A stretch of 64,000 nucleotides of DNA, from positions 4,357-68,356 of the forward strand of contig JAAYIH010000021.1 of assembly GCA_012523545.1 (NCBI GenBank). The letters run 5' to 3'. Positions 63,075-64,000 of this stretch are shown piece by piece. The position numbers and the translations under genes were made by a program. Position 1 is the stretch's first letter, and each line of letters begins with the position of its first letter. The notes under the pieces were generated by a model. It was given only the letters and a program-made list of their open reading frames with translations, did not search any database and was not told the DNA's origin. This DNA comes from Bacillota bacterium (GTDB lineage Bacteria > Bacillota > Proteinivoracia > UBA4975).

Positions 63075-64000
63075 CTATAAATATATTGCCAAATCGGGAG
63101 CAGGCTGTTGCTCCATCAGGATATCGATAAACCCGAAGCCGTACTTGTTTAAGTACCACAGACTGTTGTGCACACGCTGCTGACGGTTCCCCAGGGGCGC
63201 CAGGGCGGTCTTGAGACGCTCGGCATGGTGCAGCAGTTCGCGGTTTTTCTGGCGCAGGCTGGCCAGAGCCTTTTTTTCCAGCCACTGTACCTGTTCCAGG
63301 ACTTTGGCCAGATTTTTGGCCCCCAGCTCCGCCAGTTGCCCGTCCAGGGCTGCCAGACCGGGTGTAATGCGGGCATACTCCTCCTCGATGCGGGCAGCCA
63401 GGCTGGCAAAGGTATGGGCAATGCCAAGGGGATCCGCCGCCTGCAAGCGCTCCTCTGCCCAGGCATCCAGTCCCGCTTCCACCTGCTGATAAGTGAGGCC
63501 GTACTTGTCCAATAACCGGGCAACGGGCGGCTCCAGCAGCACTCCCCCCATCCGGGGCAACACCGGCGGCATTTGCAGGCCGAAGGCGGCGAAGACCGGC
63601 TCAATTTGCTCCAGGTAGGCCAGCTCTCCGGGCCCGCCGACTATGGCCAGCACCAGCAACACCAGTTCCTGGACCAGGGGACGGAGAACGACGTTGGGAC
63701 TGAGAGTCCAGGGTTCCTCCTCCACTTTGTGCAGCAATTCCCGGCGGCTGAATGTGACGGCGCCCCTGCGGTCCCTGAAAGCGTCGCCGTCCCGCAGCAA
63801 AGCCAGGCGCAACCCTTGGTGAAGGAGGAAGAGGTGGCTGTGCTCCACAGGTATATCCAGCACCGGCTGCCGGCCGCCGGCCTGCATCTCCCGGGCCTTT
63901 TCCGCCAGCATCCTGTGTATGTCCGGTCCGTGGTCCACCGCCCAGGCAAAGACCGGCCGCGCACCGGTGCGCAGGGGCAGACCACAGGAATCCACTATAA
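63075..64000 (-). CDS. bshC: Bacillithiol biosynthesis cysteine-adding enzyme BshC; C-terminal portion only, the N-terminus runs off the window
   Basis: RPLVQELVLLVLAIVGGPGELAYLEQIEPVFAAFGLQMPPVLPRM and ..WYLNKYG.. match conserved BshC/YllA C-terminal regions. Confidence 0.65.
   Translation of the reverse strand, partial: IVDSCGLPLRTGARPVFAWAVDHGPDIHRMLAEKAREMQAGGRQPVLDIPVEHSHLFLLHQGLRLALLRDGDAFRDRRGAVTFSRRELLHKVEEEPWTLSPNVVLRPLVQELVLLVLAIVGGPGELAYLEQIEPVFAAFGLQMPPVLPRMGGVLLEPPVARLLDKYGLTYQQVEAGLDAWAEERLQAADPLGIAHTFASLAARIEEEYARITPGLAALDGQLAELGAKNLAKVLEQVQWLEKKALASLRQKNRELLHHAERLKTALAPLGNRQQRVHNSLWYLNKYGFGFIDILMEQQPAPDLAIYL

Overview
The window is 64 kb of high-GC (about 58-62%) chromosome from a spore-forming, Clostridia-like Firmicute, inferred from whiA, spoIIP, rpoN, a K+-type membrane pyrophosphatase and GGAGG-type ribosome-binding sites (RBS). 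Most of it is conserved housekeeping backbone. The gene order matches the Bacillus ssrA-smpB-rnr-est-secG-eno-gpmI-tpiA-pgk-gap-cggR region and the trxB-NUDIX-rapZ-yvcK-whiA-hpr region. Recognisable features are an amino-acid ABC transporter, the ubiB kinase, a Mre11/Rad50-like SbcEF pair next to 3-methyladenine glycosylase, DegV, and tmRNA with its tag reading frame. Also present are SmpB, RNase R, a glycerol-3-phosphate-dehydrogenase-like three-gene module, a MATE transporter, the H+/Na+ pyrophosphatase, the full cggR-gap-pgk-tpiA-gpmI-eno operon with a recognisable CggR operator, sigma-54, ribosomal protein L31, MscS, HPr, WhiA, YvcK, RapZ, two PHP phosphatases, SpoIIP, TrxA/TrxB, a Lon-like protease, and a contiguous bshC-bshB1-bshA bacillithiol cluster. 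Accessory or unusual material is limited: (1) a roughly 0.7 kb AT-rich island encoding a membrane-anchored protein with many cysteines; (2) two near-identical long palindromic REP-like hairpins flanking a metallo-beta-lactamase-fold gene; (3) insertions that interrupt the otherwise conserved smpB-ssrA and est-rnr adjacencies; (4) an M23/LysM peptidase, bactofilin-like membrane protein and SHOCT locus; (5) an M1-aminopeptidase-like protein with a degenerate zinc motif. I see no CRISPR array, no phage or transposon genes, and no clearly novel multi-gene defence system. Coordinates of features that are not ORFs are approximate (about +/-3 nt).
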